This document shows positions 1-12,798 of a stretch of 64,000 bases of DNA, in pieces. The position numbers were made by a program, and so were the translations under genes. Positions within the stretch are counted from its first letter, which is position 1; every line of letters begins with the position of its first letter. This DNA comes from Epiperipatus broadwayi (lineage: Eukaryota > Animalia > Onychophora), in NCBI GenBank assembly GCA_028023455.1, contig JAQFVV010000006.1, forward strand, positions 13,268,001-13,332,000. Reading direction: 5' to 3'. The notes under the pieces are model-generated. The model ran no database searches. It had not been told where the DNA came from and saw nothing but the letters and a program-made list of their open reading frames with translations.

Positions 1-2939
1 TACTAGTGCAGTGGTACAGAAGCGGACTCTGGTGGTCGACTGGCGAACTCTGGAGCTCAAAATCATAGGTCACATCGGGCAAGCTCACGTTTGAGGCTCA
101 AATTTGTTGTGAACAACCAAGCAACAAACCAATTAATTTAGCTTAGTCACTTCCGGTATTCAAATGTCACATAATCTCCCATGCAACAAACCATTCAATT
201 GTTTATTTAAGGCAGATAATTAGGCATAGAAAGATGTAGTTCACATCAAGTATGTGGAAAAATCAGATAGAATTAAAGAAAAAAAAAGTTGATAGATGAT
301 AAAAGGATGTTGATTCGTGGAGGTGGAGGAACTGTTTATTGCTTTAAAAATTCATTTAAAATACCTGACTTTTTTTTTTTCACGTATTACGGCAATGATT
401 AATTACTTTTTGATGCTATTCTACTTTAAACTGTTTCTAAATTATTTGATTCCAGTTTCACTGAGATCAAAAGTACTTAAAGGAATTTGAATAATAAAAA
501 AAAAGATCAATATTTTTACTTCTTAAACTGAAGTGTTTTTCACTTTGTTAAAAGAATAGATTCGGGCTGTCAATTTATCAATATCTTTGGTCTCATAAGA
601 GAGTTTGGAAAAGAAAATTTTCTCATAAGAGTGACACTTTATAATCCAATTATTTTTTGTCATTGAAAATAAGTCTTTTTAAGAAGTTTTAATATGACTT
701 CTAAGCAAAGTTCAACAAACTTTTTAAAAATGTTTATGAACTTTACTTAGTTTGCTTTTATCAAAGCGTCGTACTTTGTAACCAACACTATTTTAATATT
801 AAAATAGTCAAATGGTTTACTGCTCGGAAGTTCACAAGAAATTTGAACACCGGAAGTTATGAAACGGAAGTCACGATCTGTGAACTTTGTGCTTCAGAAT
901 CCCCATTCTCCGACTGTAGTCAACAATGCATGTTGTATTTATTATCAAGAAAAAAATAAGTTTTAAGAGCCCCTTCCCGCGCTGTACAGCAACAACAAAA
1001 ACAAGTACTTCCTGATTAGCTATTTAGCTACCAGAGATAAAACCCTAAATCTCTTGAAAAAGTTTCAACCAGCCCAGATTTGAATCCTAGGATTTAAGAC
1101 ATAGATGCATTGTCGCTATATCATGGAGCCTCCCCCCCATTTATGGGTCTTGTATTTGGATTTTTTTAGTATACAACTATCTTATGAGTATTGAATATTG
1201 GACTAATATCTCAATCTCCAATTTGGAGGACGAAGGTTTTATATCAAAGTTGCTTTCTATATAAATTGTTTTTCAGTCAAGTAAGCCTCTATTTTAAAAA
1301 AAATGTTATATAATGTGACTTTCAACACTGGGAGGTGTCTTATGGATCCTGAATTTATCAACAGCTTTTCCATTACTTTTAAAATTGCAAAGAATCATCA
1401 AGCGGTGACCACAATACTTTTTCTACCTAATAGAAATGTCATTATTATATAAAACAATACTTCGGGTAATGTAATACAATTATGATGGAAAAAAAATCAT
1501 ACATTCCTTCCAGTGCACCAAAAAAAGATTTAACCTAAAATTGTGAATAATAGCAAACCCTACATAATATATTCATAATATATGTGTTTAACATATATAT
1601 GTATATTCCAAAAAACTTGAGCTGAATCAAGACACTATGAAAAGGTATAACGTAAAGATATATTTTAACTTAATAGCACCGAGTTAGATTTCAGCAAATT
1701 TCATTCTTAAAATCTACTATTTAAGATATCATCAAAAACAATTAACAAAAAAATTAATAATGTAATTATGAAAAAGACACTATAGTATATAAACTAATCT
1801 GTCACATGACTGGACTGCATGCTGATTGGACACACAGTATTGAAGATTCTGAAATGTTTGCATAAGAGATTATCATTATTGTACTCATGCATGGAGGGAC
1901 ATGCATGAAATTTATGAATTCAAATTTATGTTTTAATTAAATATATTCATTTCAAATTATGGGTTATTAAAGTAATAGATGATGAGTTTGTGGATACAAG
2001 GTAATTCGTGTAGTTGTGTTTATGTTTTCCTTTTATATTACATTTTCAGTTATTTACTTTCAATCTTAACATGGCTGATAGAGCATAACATTTCACTTAA
2101 TAATTAATTTTTCCAATAGCTTGGGAAATCATATGTCATTAAAACATTTAAGTGATTCGTTGAATACAATTATCCAGTCATTTGACCAGAGCGAATTCTT
2201 ATTTCTGAGTTGAAATCAATCTCAGATTCTTTAAAAACTTCTGTGTTTGCTACACTAACCACTGAGCTTAATTACACAGGCCACACCCATTCAATACTGT
2301 CATTTCAAGTTTTAAAAAACTATCCATAAAAAATGAAATATATTTATAAAATGGCAGTAATGACATTCTATGTAATCTTAACAAATTTTTAATAGAGTAA
2401 GTGGAACCATGATATCTATTGTAATTTGTTCCAAGCCTCCCTTACATACATCATATATAATATCTCACATTTTATTGTCAAATTTTAATTGTAATAAAAT
2501 ACATAATAATTGAACTGCACATATAAATACTTTTCAACATGTGTGTATATGTAACAGACACTTTTTATCAGTATAGTATGCATAATCGTAATTCACTGCA
2601 GAATGGTTTCTCCAAGTGTGAACATTGGTCCAGAATATATAGTATGCATATATTAATTAAGATTATAGTATAAACAAAAAAAAATTGCAATGATAATAAT
2701 ATTATTAATAATAATAAATTGAAGAGGTACCTTTATATATATAGGTTATTGAATGTATGTTCACTTATTCATGAGTTGAAAAAGTAGGAATAAGAAAAAA
2801 TTATTATTGTACTTATTTTTATTTTGTAAATAAATAGTGAAATGTCTGCTTGAGTATTGTAAAATGTATTAAATTTATAAATTTGTAAGTTTTTTTACTT
2901 AATGAATAATATTTCTGTATTGTAATATAATGAACAATA

Positions 2940-3385
2940 TTTCTGTGGTATAGTGAAAATTACACCACCGATATATTATTCATTAAATGGATAATCTCTA
3001 GTTTAATGTATGACTAATAAAAATTATTAATATATCTTTATCAAGTGGTTTGAATCAAAGTTGTGATGATGGTAATTTCGACACTTATCAATTAAACTGT
3101 AATAATTGGCTATCTATATATGCTGAACCATGATAAAGATATGTGTAAGAGACTATGATCTGGACCAACTGATGAGTGCTGATTCAGCATGAAATGTGCA
3201 TCTTGGGGACCATCATCTTTTTCACGTCTTTGGTTATATGTTTATGATTTCACCCTTCTGCAAGATGTTAAAAGCAGAGAGAAACTCGTCATTACCTTGC
3301 ATGTTATAGTGAAAATTACACAACAGAAATATTATTCATTAAGTGGATAATCTCTAGTCTAATGTATGACTAATAAAAATTGTCC
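2940..3385 (+). mobile_element. Family B1 hammerhead repeat (retrozyme-like), ~1.2 monomers, period ~356 bp
   Basis: TAGTGAAAATTACAC...TGGATAATCTCTAGT...ATGACTAATAAAAATT occurs at 2951 and again at 3307; an HHR lies at 3157-3212. Confidence 0.8.
3157..3212 (+). ncRNA. Type I minimal hammerhead ribozyme (family B1)
   Basis: CCAA-CTGATGA-GTGCTG att CAGCAT-GAAA-TGTGCA-TC-TTGG: stem I CCAA/TTGG, canonical CUGAUGA and GAAA core, 6-bp stem II, short near-palindromic stem III. Predicted cleavage after C3202. Confidence 0.85.
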
Positions 3386-3837
3386 ATTTTTTATTTGTTT
3401 ATAATTGGAGTCATGTGACAGCATAATTTGCAACTTCACTGAATTTCATTAAACATTCTTAAAAAGAAAGACATAGATTAGTAAAACAATTTTTTTAATC
3501 TGCATTTGAAACTAAGAATTTTGGTATATTAACAGAAAAGATAAAGATAGGAAGAAATTTAAAAAAGTAAACAAATTGTTTTTGTTCGAGTGTTCATAAG
3601 AAGTTTGACTATTCAAAATAACAGAGCTGAATTCATGATCCATGGGCCTTGAACCCTTCTGTCAACCATTGCACCAAATCATATAGAGGGTGAAAAAGAG
3701 TAGTTTATCATTGGAGAGCTCATAAAAAGTTTGAGTACCACAAGTGACAAAGCTGAAGCAAAGGACAAGGACCTTGAACTTTAAAAACCCCACAGTAGAC
3801 CCAACAGAATATAGAAAAAAGTGTTAAACAGAAATAT

Positions 3838-4200
3838 AATGATTTTTATTATTCATTCACTGGACTAGATGTTCTCCACTTAAAGAATAATATTTTTGTA
3901 GTATAATTTTCATTACACTCTTATGCAAGGTTGCGACTGGTTTCTATCCATTTTTAACACCTTGTGGAGAGGTGTAATCATAAACATGTGACCAAGGATA
4001 TGTGAAAGAGATGTGTGATCCCCAAGATACACATTTCAAGCTGAACCAATACTCATCAGTTAACAAAGATCATAATCGCTTACATATATCTTTATCATTG
4101 TTCAATACTTTGACTAACTATATGGAACATTTCATGCTGAACCAGCACTCATCAATCGACCCAGATCAAAATATAATTGTTCAGTATATACTTTGACTAC
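3838..4200 (-). mobile_element. Family B1 copy, minus strand, left arm of an inverted pair; two degenerate HHRs (4017-4071, 4122-4167)
   Basis: Reverse complement matches 2940-3385; reads CTGATGAGTATTGGTTCAGCTTGAAATGTGTATCTTGG and TTGATGAGTGCTGGTTCAGCATGAAA. Confidence 0.75.
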
Positions 4201-4239
4201 CTATTAATTCAGATCAAAATATTTTGCACATACCATACT

Positions 4240-4840
4240 TTGACTATCTATGCATATTGAATAATGATAAAGATATGTGCAATTGATTGTGATTTTGTCC
4301 AACTGATGAGTGCTGGTTTAGCATGAAATGTGAATCTTGGGAATCATACATCTTTTTTGCATGTTTTTGGTCATACGTTTATGATTAAATCCTTCCAAAA
4401 TGTGTTAAAAGTCGATAGAACCCAGTCCCTACCTTGTGGCTTAGTGAAACTTACACTACAGAAATATGCATTAAGTGGATAATCTCTAGTCTTGTGTTAC
4501 TAATAAAAATGATTAATTTACCCCCATCAAATGATTGTGTCAAAGTTATGAGGACAGTAAATTTGATACGTATTAATTAAACTGTAATATTGGCTATCTA
4601 TATATACTGAACAATGTCAAAAAATATGTAAGAGACTGTGATCTGGGCCAACTGATGAGTGCTGGTTCATCACGAAATGTGCACCTTAGGGATAATATAT
4701 CTTTTTTATATGTCTTTGGTCATATGTTTATCATTACACCCCTCCCTAAGGTATTAAAAGCGGATGGAAACCATTCCCTAGAAACCTTGCGTAAGAGTGG
4801 CATAATCAAAATTACTCTACAGAAATATTACTCTTTAATT
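4240..4840 (+). mobile_element. Family B1 tandem dimer, HHR cores at 4303 and 4652 (period 349 bp)
   Basis: CCAACTGATGAGTGCTGGTTTAGCATGAAATGTGAATCTTGG (4299-4340) and CCAACTGATGAGTGCTGGTTCATCACGAAATGTGCACC (4648-4685); the intervening sequence matches the B1 monomer. Confidence 0.8.
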
Positions 4841-6482
4841 GATGAACAGAGGTGTTTGTTATTTTCTTTCGTTTGCTATTTACTTAAATAAGTGAATATA
4901 TATATATATATATATTACTTTTCAAGACATTGTAATTATTTCTTTGATAATAAAAAGTTTAAAAAAGGGATAGATTTCTTAAAAATACTTTTTCTTTTTT
5001 ATTTATGCTTTTAATGTGCATAAAAGTTGGATGATAGATGGATTCCTTATCTTCAAATCCTCAATTTTAGCTGTCTTCCTACAGGATAAGAACGTTAGTG
5101 GTTTTTGTCATTAAAAATGAATTCGTTATATAGAGAGAGAACTTTTTCTTTATTAATTCTTTTCTTCTTTTAGTTCTTTTCCTTTTTTTATTAGAGAAAA
5201 AAACATGGTTTAAAAATTTAATTGAAAAATTAATATAGTATATTAATCTTTTAAACTCAATGATCTAGAAATATTAAATGATGGAAGCAGATATTTACCT
5301 TTAATAAATGACAGTAATTATACTTGATGTTAAAATGATCAGAGCTGCCAAATTGTAAAACATTTTTCTTCTACTAAACAACCAATCAAGCGAAAAATCA
5401 TAACTGTTGAGAAAATTTTAATTTTAAACTATTAATTTAATATATACAAAATATTACTATAAAATAGTTAATATATCAGCGATTGTGATATTTATTATAT
5501 ATCCAGTAGATATTAAATTTTTTTTTTAAAAAAAAGTCAATTTATTTTCTTAAATCAATGTTCAATTTCAACTTATTTAATAAAATATTCTGTAGAGTTT
5601 AAAACTCCAGTAAAGTATTCGACTTAGGAGCTTAAGATTTCTAGGTTCGAAACCATTCTGTCATTTCTGGTTATTTGATTGTCATATGATGAGTAAGCTA
5701 GGGTCAACCGATCACCCATATTGTTGAAATACCACATGACTTCAGAAACAAACCATTTGATTAATAAAGTCCAAAACCTATAGGCTATTTTTTAATCTAC
5801 TAGGGCCAAATTCTTTGGGTTACCCATAATCTTAAGATTATCACTTCTTATCTCTCATCTCCAGATCTTACATCAATTTCTCTTATTCAAGCATTACAAA
5901 ATGAAATAATAAACATCAAGGCACCAGTTGCATCTGTTGCTTTTGTGTGTGTGCATGCATCTCTGTGCATGTAAACCATAAAGAATTTCTTTTTCTACAA
6001 ATACAATTCTCTTTATATATTACAGGTTAAGATAAAAAAAAACATAAGATCACTACCTGTAGAGGTGTGACACCTCTCCACTTACAGAGAAGACCATATC
6101 ATATTACAATTATATTACAACCCAGTGCATAAACACACACACATCTGCCCAACCCTGAAACTTTATCTTTAATAATAGTATCTAAACACCTGTTGGCCAT
6201 CCTATTACTGAGTAGCTATCTTGGTTAACTAGAAATCAGATATCTGAAAAACAAATCAATCTCTTTTTTAATTTTAAAAATGTCATCATTAGACTGACCA
6301 TATTTGAAACCCAGGTCATGGTATGGCACTATACCATAAGGCTCTCTGTTAGGACAACTTGAATACTGATAATGTGGCACTTCCTTTTATCCAGACAAAA
6401 TTAGAAATGATGACATAGAAGATGTTTTATTTAATCTTGAATAAAATTTGATTGCATTTTAAAATAAAATTAAACCAGCAAG

Positions 6483-6906
6483 CATCACATGATCACATCT
6501 CCAATACTAGCACATAATTCTTTATAAACAAAGCAAAGCAAAACTCCATATAGTAGTGCCACCTGTGCTAAACAGAGTAATCAATGGATGCCAGAAGGCC
6601 TGTGCATACCATCCCTATCTAATGCCTACTCATCCAATATCCCCAGACTTCAATTTCATGTTCATAGTTTTGTAGTTAAGTAGAAATAAAAGGTGGTTGC
6701 TAGAGAGTTGCATTAGATCCTAAGATCTAGATGCAGTGCTCTCAGATCCAAAGCTCCTCACTGACAAAGGCCACAAGCCAGAAACTAGTCTGGAGATATT
6801 GGGTGAGTAGGCATTAGATAGGGATTGTATGCACAAGCCTTCTGGTGTCCATTGATTACTCTGTTTAGCACAGGTGGCACTACTATATGGAGTTTTGCTT
6901 TGTTTA
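6483..6906. mobile_element. Family A hammerhead repeat, inverted pair (locus A-1)
   Basis: 6483-6649 is the reverse complement of part of 6650-6906; sense HHR at 6756-6795 reads CCTCA CTGACAA AGGC CACAA GCCA GAAA CTAG TC TGGAG. Confidence 0.85.
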
Positions 6907-8269
6907 AAATAAAATTAACATATGTATACATAACGTTGTAGTCATTGATAATATAACAATTTACATTATAGAAGCAAGCTTTTTTTTAAGTGTTCTAAAA
7001 ATTATAAGGCAATTTTAATATTTTAAAACAGAATTTATAGATTTATCAGAAATTAACATGTATTCATTTGTGTTTTTAAAAAAAAAATTAATAAAAAAGA
7101 TTTCATTCATTTTCTGAAGACTCCTGCAGATTGTGGAATGACTTTTTACATCGTTTGTTTGCTATTTATTATTTTTTCAATATTTGCAAAAGTTCAAATA
7201 TGATTTTTAGAATATTTTCTGATTGCAAACATATATCTGTACTAAATCAAGTTTAATTTATTGAATTCTGATCTGGAATAACAAGTGAAAGTTTAGAAAA
7301 AGTGTCAATAGAAAAACAATGAACCTGTCGCAATATGGAAGGATTATGTGATGAAGAAAAGTTTGGTCAATTTTTGTAGTTATAGATTTTTATTCCCTTC
7401 CCCTACAATATAGAGCTGAAAAAAGTGGTGGGGAAATTTATTAAATTTTTTAAAGATATTTCCTTTGTATATATAGACTAATTAAACATAAGTTAATACA
7501 TGGGTGGCTTATCTCTGGTGCATACACCAAACATAGTACATTTTATCTTTTGATTATAAAAATAAAAAATAAACTTAGATTTTGTAAAATAATGCTGTCA
7601 TCAACAATTTAATTAGTACTGACAAAAAAAATTATAAGCAAGCTTCAAATTCAGTAAACTTAACTAAAAACAAATTGTTCCATGTTTATTTTGTAAATAG
7701 ATGTTTCACACCTATCTAATTTGAGATAACTAATTCAAAACAACTGCATGTTTGTTTTTAATGTTTACCTTGTGACTGGTTCATCATTTATAAGCATTGT
7801 AGTTTTGTTCTTTATGAAAATTATTTTCATTAATAAAATTGATAAAAAAAAAAAATGGTCTGATCTGACTGATACAAATTCAAATTAAAAGTCTAAAAAA
7901 ATAATACTCACTCAAAAGTGTCACTAAAATAAAAAATATTTAAACTTTATATTTTAAAAAGACTACATTAGTTAAAAAAAACATTAAATATTATTACTAT
8001 AGACAAAAATTGAATAATAGAGTGAAGTCGTGTAGTGTATTGTAAACACATAGATGAAAAAAATGATTCATGGACTTTCCCTCTATTAATACAATGGAGA
8101 TGTGTAAAAAATATAACATTACATGATACCAAAAATACAATGCTATTCAGCATCAATTCCTTTTTTTTTCTCATCATATTACGCCACCTAGTATAAAATT
8201 TAGTAATTAGTAAATGCCATATGGTCGTACTTAATGCATTCCTATCATTATGTCCTATACAATATCTGC

Positions 8270-8445
8270 TGACTAGATAAAAAGTGCATTACATTCAAAA
8301 TATCCAGGAGCATTAATCCAAGATCTAAAGCTATTTACTGATGATTGGATAGGGCAGCACTAGATATGGATTTATTAAATATTACTAACTGGCATCTTTT
8401 ATTTTCTTAAGCTTACACAAGGTGGCATGACTTAATATTGTAAGA
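8270..8445 (+). mobile_element. Old, internally deleted family A copy
   Basis: CCAAGATCTAAAGCTATTTACTGATGA...CAGCACTAGATATGGATTT...CTGGCATC...AAGCTTACACAAGGTGGCA is colinear with the family A sense monomer. Confidence 0.5.
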
Positions 8446-8489
8446 ATATATGAAGGCCATGAAGTTAACAAAGATTATGTTATGGAAAT

Positions 8490-8635
8490 GAGATGGAGCA
8501 GATTATGGGAAAACTTAGGGTGGGGAATGGAAAGGGAAGATGAAGTGGCTAACAGGTTTCTCTGGACATAGTTCATGAGATATTCCTGACTCCATATAAG
8601 GAGAAGTCACAGTGCATCATGTCACATCAGATAAA
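8490..8635 (+). mobile_element. 3' end of the CCHC-type LINE family (same family as 21840-22950)
   Basis: GGAGCAGATTATGGGAAAACTTAGGGGTGGGGAATGG...GGAGAAGTCACAGTGCATCATGTCACATCA matches the reverse complement of 21860-22000. Confidence 0.8.
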
Positions 8636-9045
8636 AGAAATAATAAGACAAGATGTTGATGTCTTGCAAAAAAAAATACTATAGAAAAAAAGTTAAAAGA
8701 CAGGATCATAAATTATCAAATGAACAGATTTTTAGATTAGCTTAATAGGTGTTGATATCCTTGTGGTTATGGATTTGCTTCTATAGTCATCGTAAAACTC
8801 ACAACAATTTTGCTTAATTTTAGATGCACATGATGATAATAATGATTTAAAATCTAGTAAAAACTTCACCACAAAAATCATAAAAAAACTTTAATTGAAA
8901 ATGTAATAAGAGTTGAAACAAACATCACAAGAAGAAAGTGAAGCAAAAACAAAATTTTAATTCATTAAAGTTATTAATTTTAATATAAAGATGTGCAAAT
9001 AAAAATTAAATTTTTAACATAGTATGCAGAGAATATTGTAAATAT

Positions 9046-9503
9046 ATGCCAGAGGCAAAATTCTTCCTTATAGTAGTGCCATTCAGTGCAAGCCAGTGTA
9101 ATCAATGGTTGCATAAAGTTTTGGGTTTAAAATCCTTATCTAGTGCCTACTCATCCAATATCCCTGGACTAGTTTCTAGCTTGTGGCCTTCATCAGTGAG
9201 GAGCCTTGGATCTGAGAGTGCTGCACCTTGATCGTAAGGTCTAGGTGCAGTGCATTCAAATCCAAGGCTCCTCATTGATGAAAATCAAGGTGCAGTGCAC
9301 TCAGATTCAAGGCTCCTCACTGATGAAGACCACAAGCTAGAAACTAGTCTGGGGATATTGGATAAATAGGCACTAGATAGGGATTTTATGCACAAATATT
9401 GCTGCATCCATTGATTACTCTGACTTGCACTGAATGACACTGCTGTATGGATAGTTTTGCTCTGGGTAAACAGCTTTAAGAATAGTGATCATGTGGCATG
9501 TAG
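9046..9503. mobile_element. Family A inverted pair (locus A-2), HHRs on both strands (9154-9212 minus, 9304-9363 plus)
   Basis: Left arm read on minus gives CCTCACTGATGAAGGCCACAAGCTAGAAACTAGTCCAGGG; right arm gives CCTCACTGATGAAGACCACAAGCTAGAAACTAGTCTGGGG, with a short duplication of the pre-HHR segment. Confidence 0.85.
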
Positions 9504-10396
9504 TGGTTAAATATTAAAATTAATATGTATTTTTAATAGTATTTGTTTAATTTTTCAATAGCTTGTAGTATTTTAAAGACAAGAAAAGTATATAATGAAG
9601 GGATTGGATTATTACTGCATGACATTTTTTATACCTATGAAAAGATAAAAAAAGTATTCTGTTGAATTATTATGACATAAGTTCTTTTAATATAGTAAAA
9701 TTTAGGAACCAAAGGTTCCTAATATCAGCATTTAATCTGTACATTGTGTGGTTTGTCACAGTTGGGTAGAATATCTGAGTTCAATTGAGGAAGTTCCAGT
9801 ATCGATTCTGGTTTTCTCAATTCTGGTGCTCGAGCTTATTGTGAACTCCCGAAAATAAGTTCATGTCTTTTTTTTTTTATTGGGAAGTCATGTGAATTCA
9901 CTTAGTTTTAATATAGAAAAACTTAGGAACCAAGGTTTCTAACATCACCACTTAACCTGTACATTGAGATTTCATGATATTTGAGTCCACTCAGCTGATC
10001 AAAGTATGATTTATTTTATTTAGTTAGTAACCGAAACAAAAACTTCTGATTTTGAATTGTCTATATTATCACTGAGCCAAATTGTATGCTCAGCTAAAGT
10101 AAAGATAACCTTTAATTCAGAATCTATAGGACTTGGGGCAAATATTGATATCAATGGGGTAGGTTGCATCACATTACAACCAAACTCTTTTAATTTTTAT
10201 GGTCAGTATGCAAGGCTTATCTGATAAACCCAGAAGAAATATGAAGGGTTTGGCTCTTAAGAATACTTCAATATTTGTTTGCCAATAAATATTTAGTCCC
10301 TAACTAGGCCAGCTACAGATCAATTGGACCATGCAAAAAATAAGAACAGTAATTGCCCAAACAAAAAGTAAAAATATTTAAAAATCAAAGTAAACA

Positions 10397-10877
10397 CCTG
10401 TATTTAAATATTACATATTCAGCCTGTATTCATCCCATCCCTCTTCTGTATATTTAAATAGATAAGGTCCTATACATGAGAGGTCAGAATGACTTAAGAT
10501 CAACATGGGCATGACAATAATATTGGCATCATCAAGGGATTTGGACATTCCATCATCAGATTTTCAATGGTATGGAAGGCTGAAGAGTTGGATAGTTCAG
10601 TAAGTTGAAGCCTGTCCATTAAAGTTTGAAGATTTGCTATCTTAATATAAACCAAGTACTGATTATATATATATATAATATGGGAGATGATGATCTGGAC
10701 CAACTAATGGGTGCTGCTCACTGGAGATCGTTTATCTTTTTCACATGTATGTGGTCATGTGTATCGGTTGTATGAGATAGATTGGATAGCTGAAGGGAGC
10801 TTGAAAGTCTGGGTTCAAATCCCCTATAATTACATCTAAACTCCAGGGATATGAAGTATCCCTGTATTTAAATATTA
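10397..10877 (+). mobile_element. Family B2 hammerhead repeat with a deleted HHR core, bounded by a 17-bp direct repeat
   Basis: Colinear with 17250-17700; CCTGTATTTAAATATTA at 10397-10413 and 10861-10877. Confidence 0.8.
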
Positions 10878-11001
10878 TATATATCATTTCAATTCATACT
10901 TAGTTTCTTATTTTACTTTTTTTTATTTAGTTTCTTACAATTAGAATAAAAATTATTAAAAATTATGATAGAATTAAGTTATAACAAAAATAAAATTAAT
11001 A

Positions 11002-11091
11002 TTTTTTTTTCTCATATGTCATAGCATCGGCCGGGACGTGAACCCACACCCATCTGCAACCAACTACTTGCTTGCAAGGCAGGTGCGATGA
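11002..11091 (-). mobile_element. tRNA-Gly-derived SINE, 5'-truncated
   Basis: Reverse complement matches 52328-52442 and ends in an A-rich tail. Confidence 0.75.
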
Positions 11092-11289
11092 CAAAAATTT
11101 GCATACAGAATATTAACAAATGCTAAGAATTTCTGAAGAATAATTATTATAATCGTTGATAATGCAATTTATATTTAAATAGGATAATCTAAAATAAATG
11201 ATGAGAAAGAATGCATAAATAATTTTTTATTACAGTAAATAATAAAATTTCTGTACCAAAAACCGTAAACCAATCAGCTTAACTAATGA

Positions 11290-12000
11290 AACAAAAGCAG
11301 CTTTACATCACTACCATCCAGTGTAAGCTAAAATAACCAGTAATTAGCATATAAAATTTATATTCTTAATATTTAAACTCCCATCCTCAGACCAGTTTCT
11401 GGATTTTGCTTTAATTGATGATGAGTCCTGGGATTCAAAATTGAAAGGGATGAATGCGTACATTCAGCAATCTCCTTTAACTTCACTTTACCTATCAAGC
11501 TTAAAACTTGACAAATTTAAATCACTTAAGGTTTTGAACCCAAGTCAACATGCATAAACAGTCATAGAGATCTGAAACCAATTCAACAATTGCATATTTT
11601 AATACCTTCAGTTCTTTATTAATTTTAGACATCTTATTCCTCGGGTTAGAAATGTAACAAAAAAAAACATCAAACACTCAGCGTAACCAATAAACACCAA
11701 GCAATCTCCCTACTTTTCTGCCATTACTGTAAGCTAAAATAATAATCAATAATTACCAGACATATACAAGATTCCTATCTTTAGTACTTCAGTATCTATC
11801 TGTAGACTACATTCTATCAGTGAGGCCAGGGATTCAAAGTTGGAAGAAATGTGTATATACATTCGCAGCTCACTTTTAACTCCACTTCAACTATCAAATT
11901 TACAACTTGAAATTCAAAACAGTCTAAGGTTTTGGATCAAGTTAATTTTTTAAACAATCATATGGATCAGAAAACAGAAAGTAGTTAAAGAAAGTTCCAA
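11290..12000 (-). mobile_element. Old family A-related tandem dimer (period ~415 bp) with a degenerate HHR at 11380-11430
   Basis: Two diverged units (TGTAAGCTAAAATAA at ~11322 and ~11727); minus strand reads CCAGAAACTGGTCTGAGGATGGG; CCATCCAGTGTAAGCT is shared with the reverse complement of ~30290-30310. Confidence 0.6.
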
Positions 12001-12755
12001 ATGCTTAATGTAATTTTATGGGATTACTCTAGCTTACACTAGATGACAGTAAAGTGGAGAACTGCTTTTGCAAGCTAATTGTATTTTTTAAATCCAATTT
12101 TTCAACATATTAAATGTATATATGCATGTTTAATCATTAACATATTTCATATATGTAGAGAGAGCCTTGTGATGCAGAAATAGTGAATCTGCCTATTATG
12201 ACTATAAACAGGTTTCAAATTCAAGTTAAGTGAATTCTTTTCAAAAATTTTAAGATTTTCTCTCAGATAGCCTGTCCTTAACTAACAGCTTTTATTCCAA
12301 CACTGGTCAGTAAGAGGGCATCTAGATATCCTCAACCAAATTGTAAAATCAAGGACAAAAAGAAGCCTGGTAAGGACTGTGTTCTCTTTCACTGTACATC
12401 TATGAAGAACTTTTAGAGTCTTTAAATAGTCACTGCATGGTGAAGATTTTTCCATCTCTACAATCAAAAATTAAAGTGAGGGTATTTTCATTCTTATCAT
12501 ATCCTAATGAAATGGTTATGTTCTTGCCACCTGAAGGCAAAAATATTAACCTGAATGAAATCTAAAAAAATAACATAAGTGATCTGAATTCAACCCCTAG
12601 ATTATGAATGTAGAGGTGAGTGCATTATCCACAAGCTGTGAAGCTCATATTTATTGGTTTCTAGATTAAGATCAAAAATAAGTTTACTCAAGTTCTATTA
12701 TTATTGTTATTCAAAAAATAAATATGTACAAATCAAAGTTGTTGAAATTAAATTA

Positions 12756-12798
<43 letters not shown>

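Noticed and set aside
817-900. Cluster of ETS-like CGGAAGT motifs suggesting a housekeeping promoter; similar motif at 53700
   Set aside because: The sequence is the reverse complement of the SINE family E tail, so the motif similarity is explained by repeat origin. CpG retention is noted but no TSS evidence is visible.
9046-9231. Similar short ORFs at 9046, 42613 and 50318 that look like a gene family
   Set aside because: They are antisense readings of the family A non-coding repeat; starts and frames are not conserved.
12289-12369. 81-nt candidate exon (CTAACAG ... GTAAGG) encoding FIPTLVSKRASRYPQPNCKIKDKKKP
   Set aside because: The splice signals are plausible but the peptide is unrecognised and no neighbouring exons could be linked.
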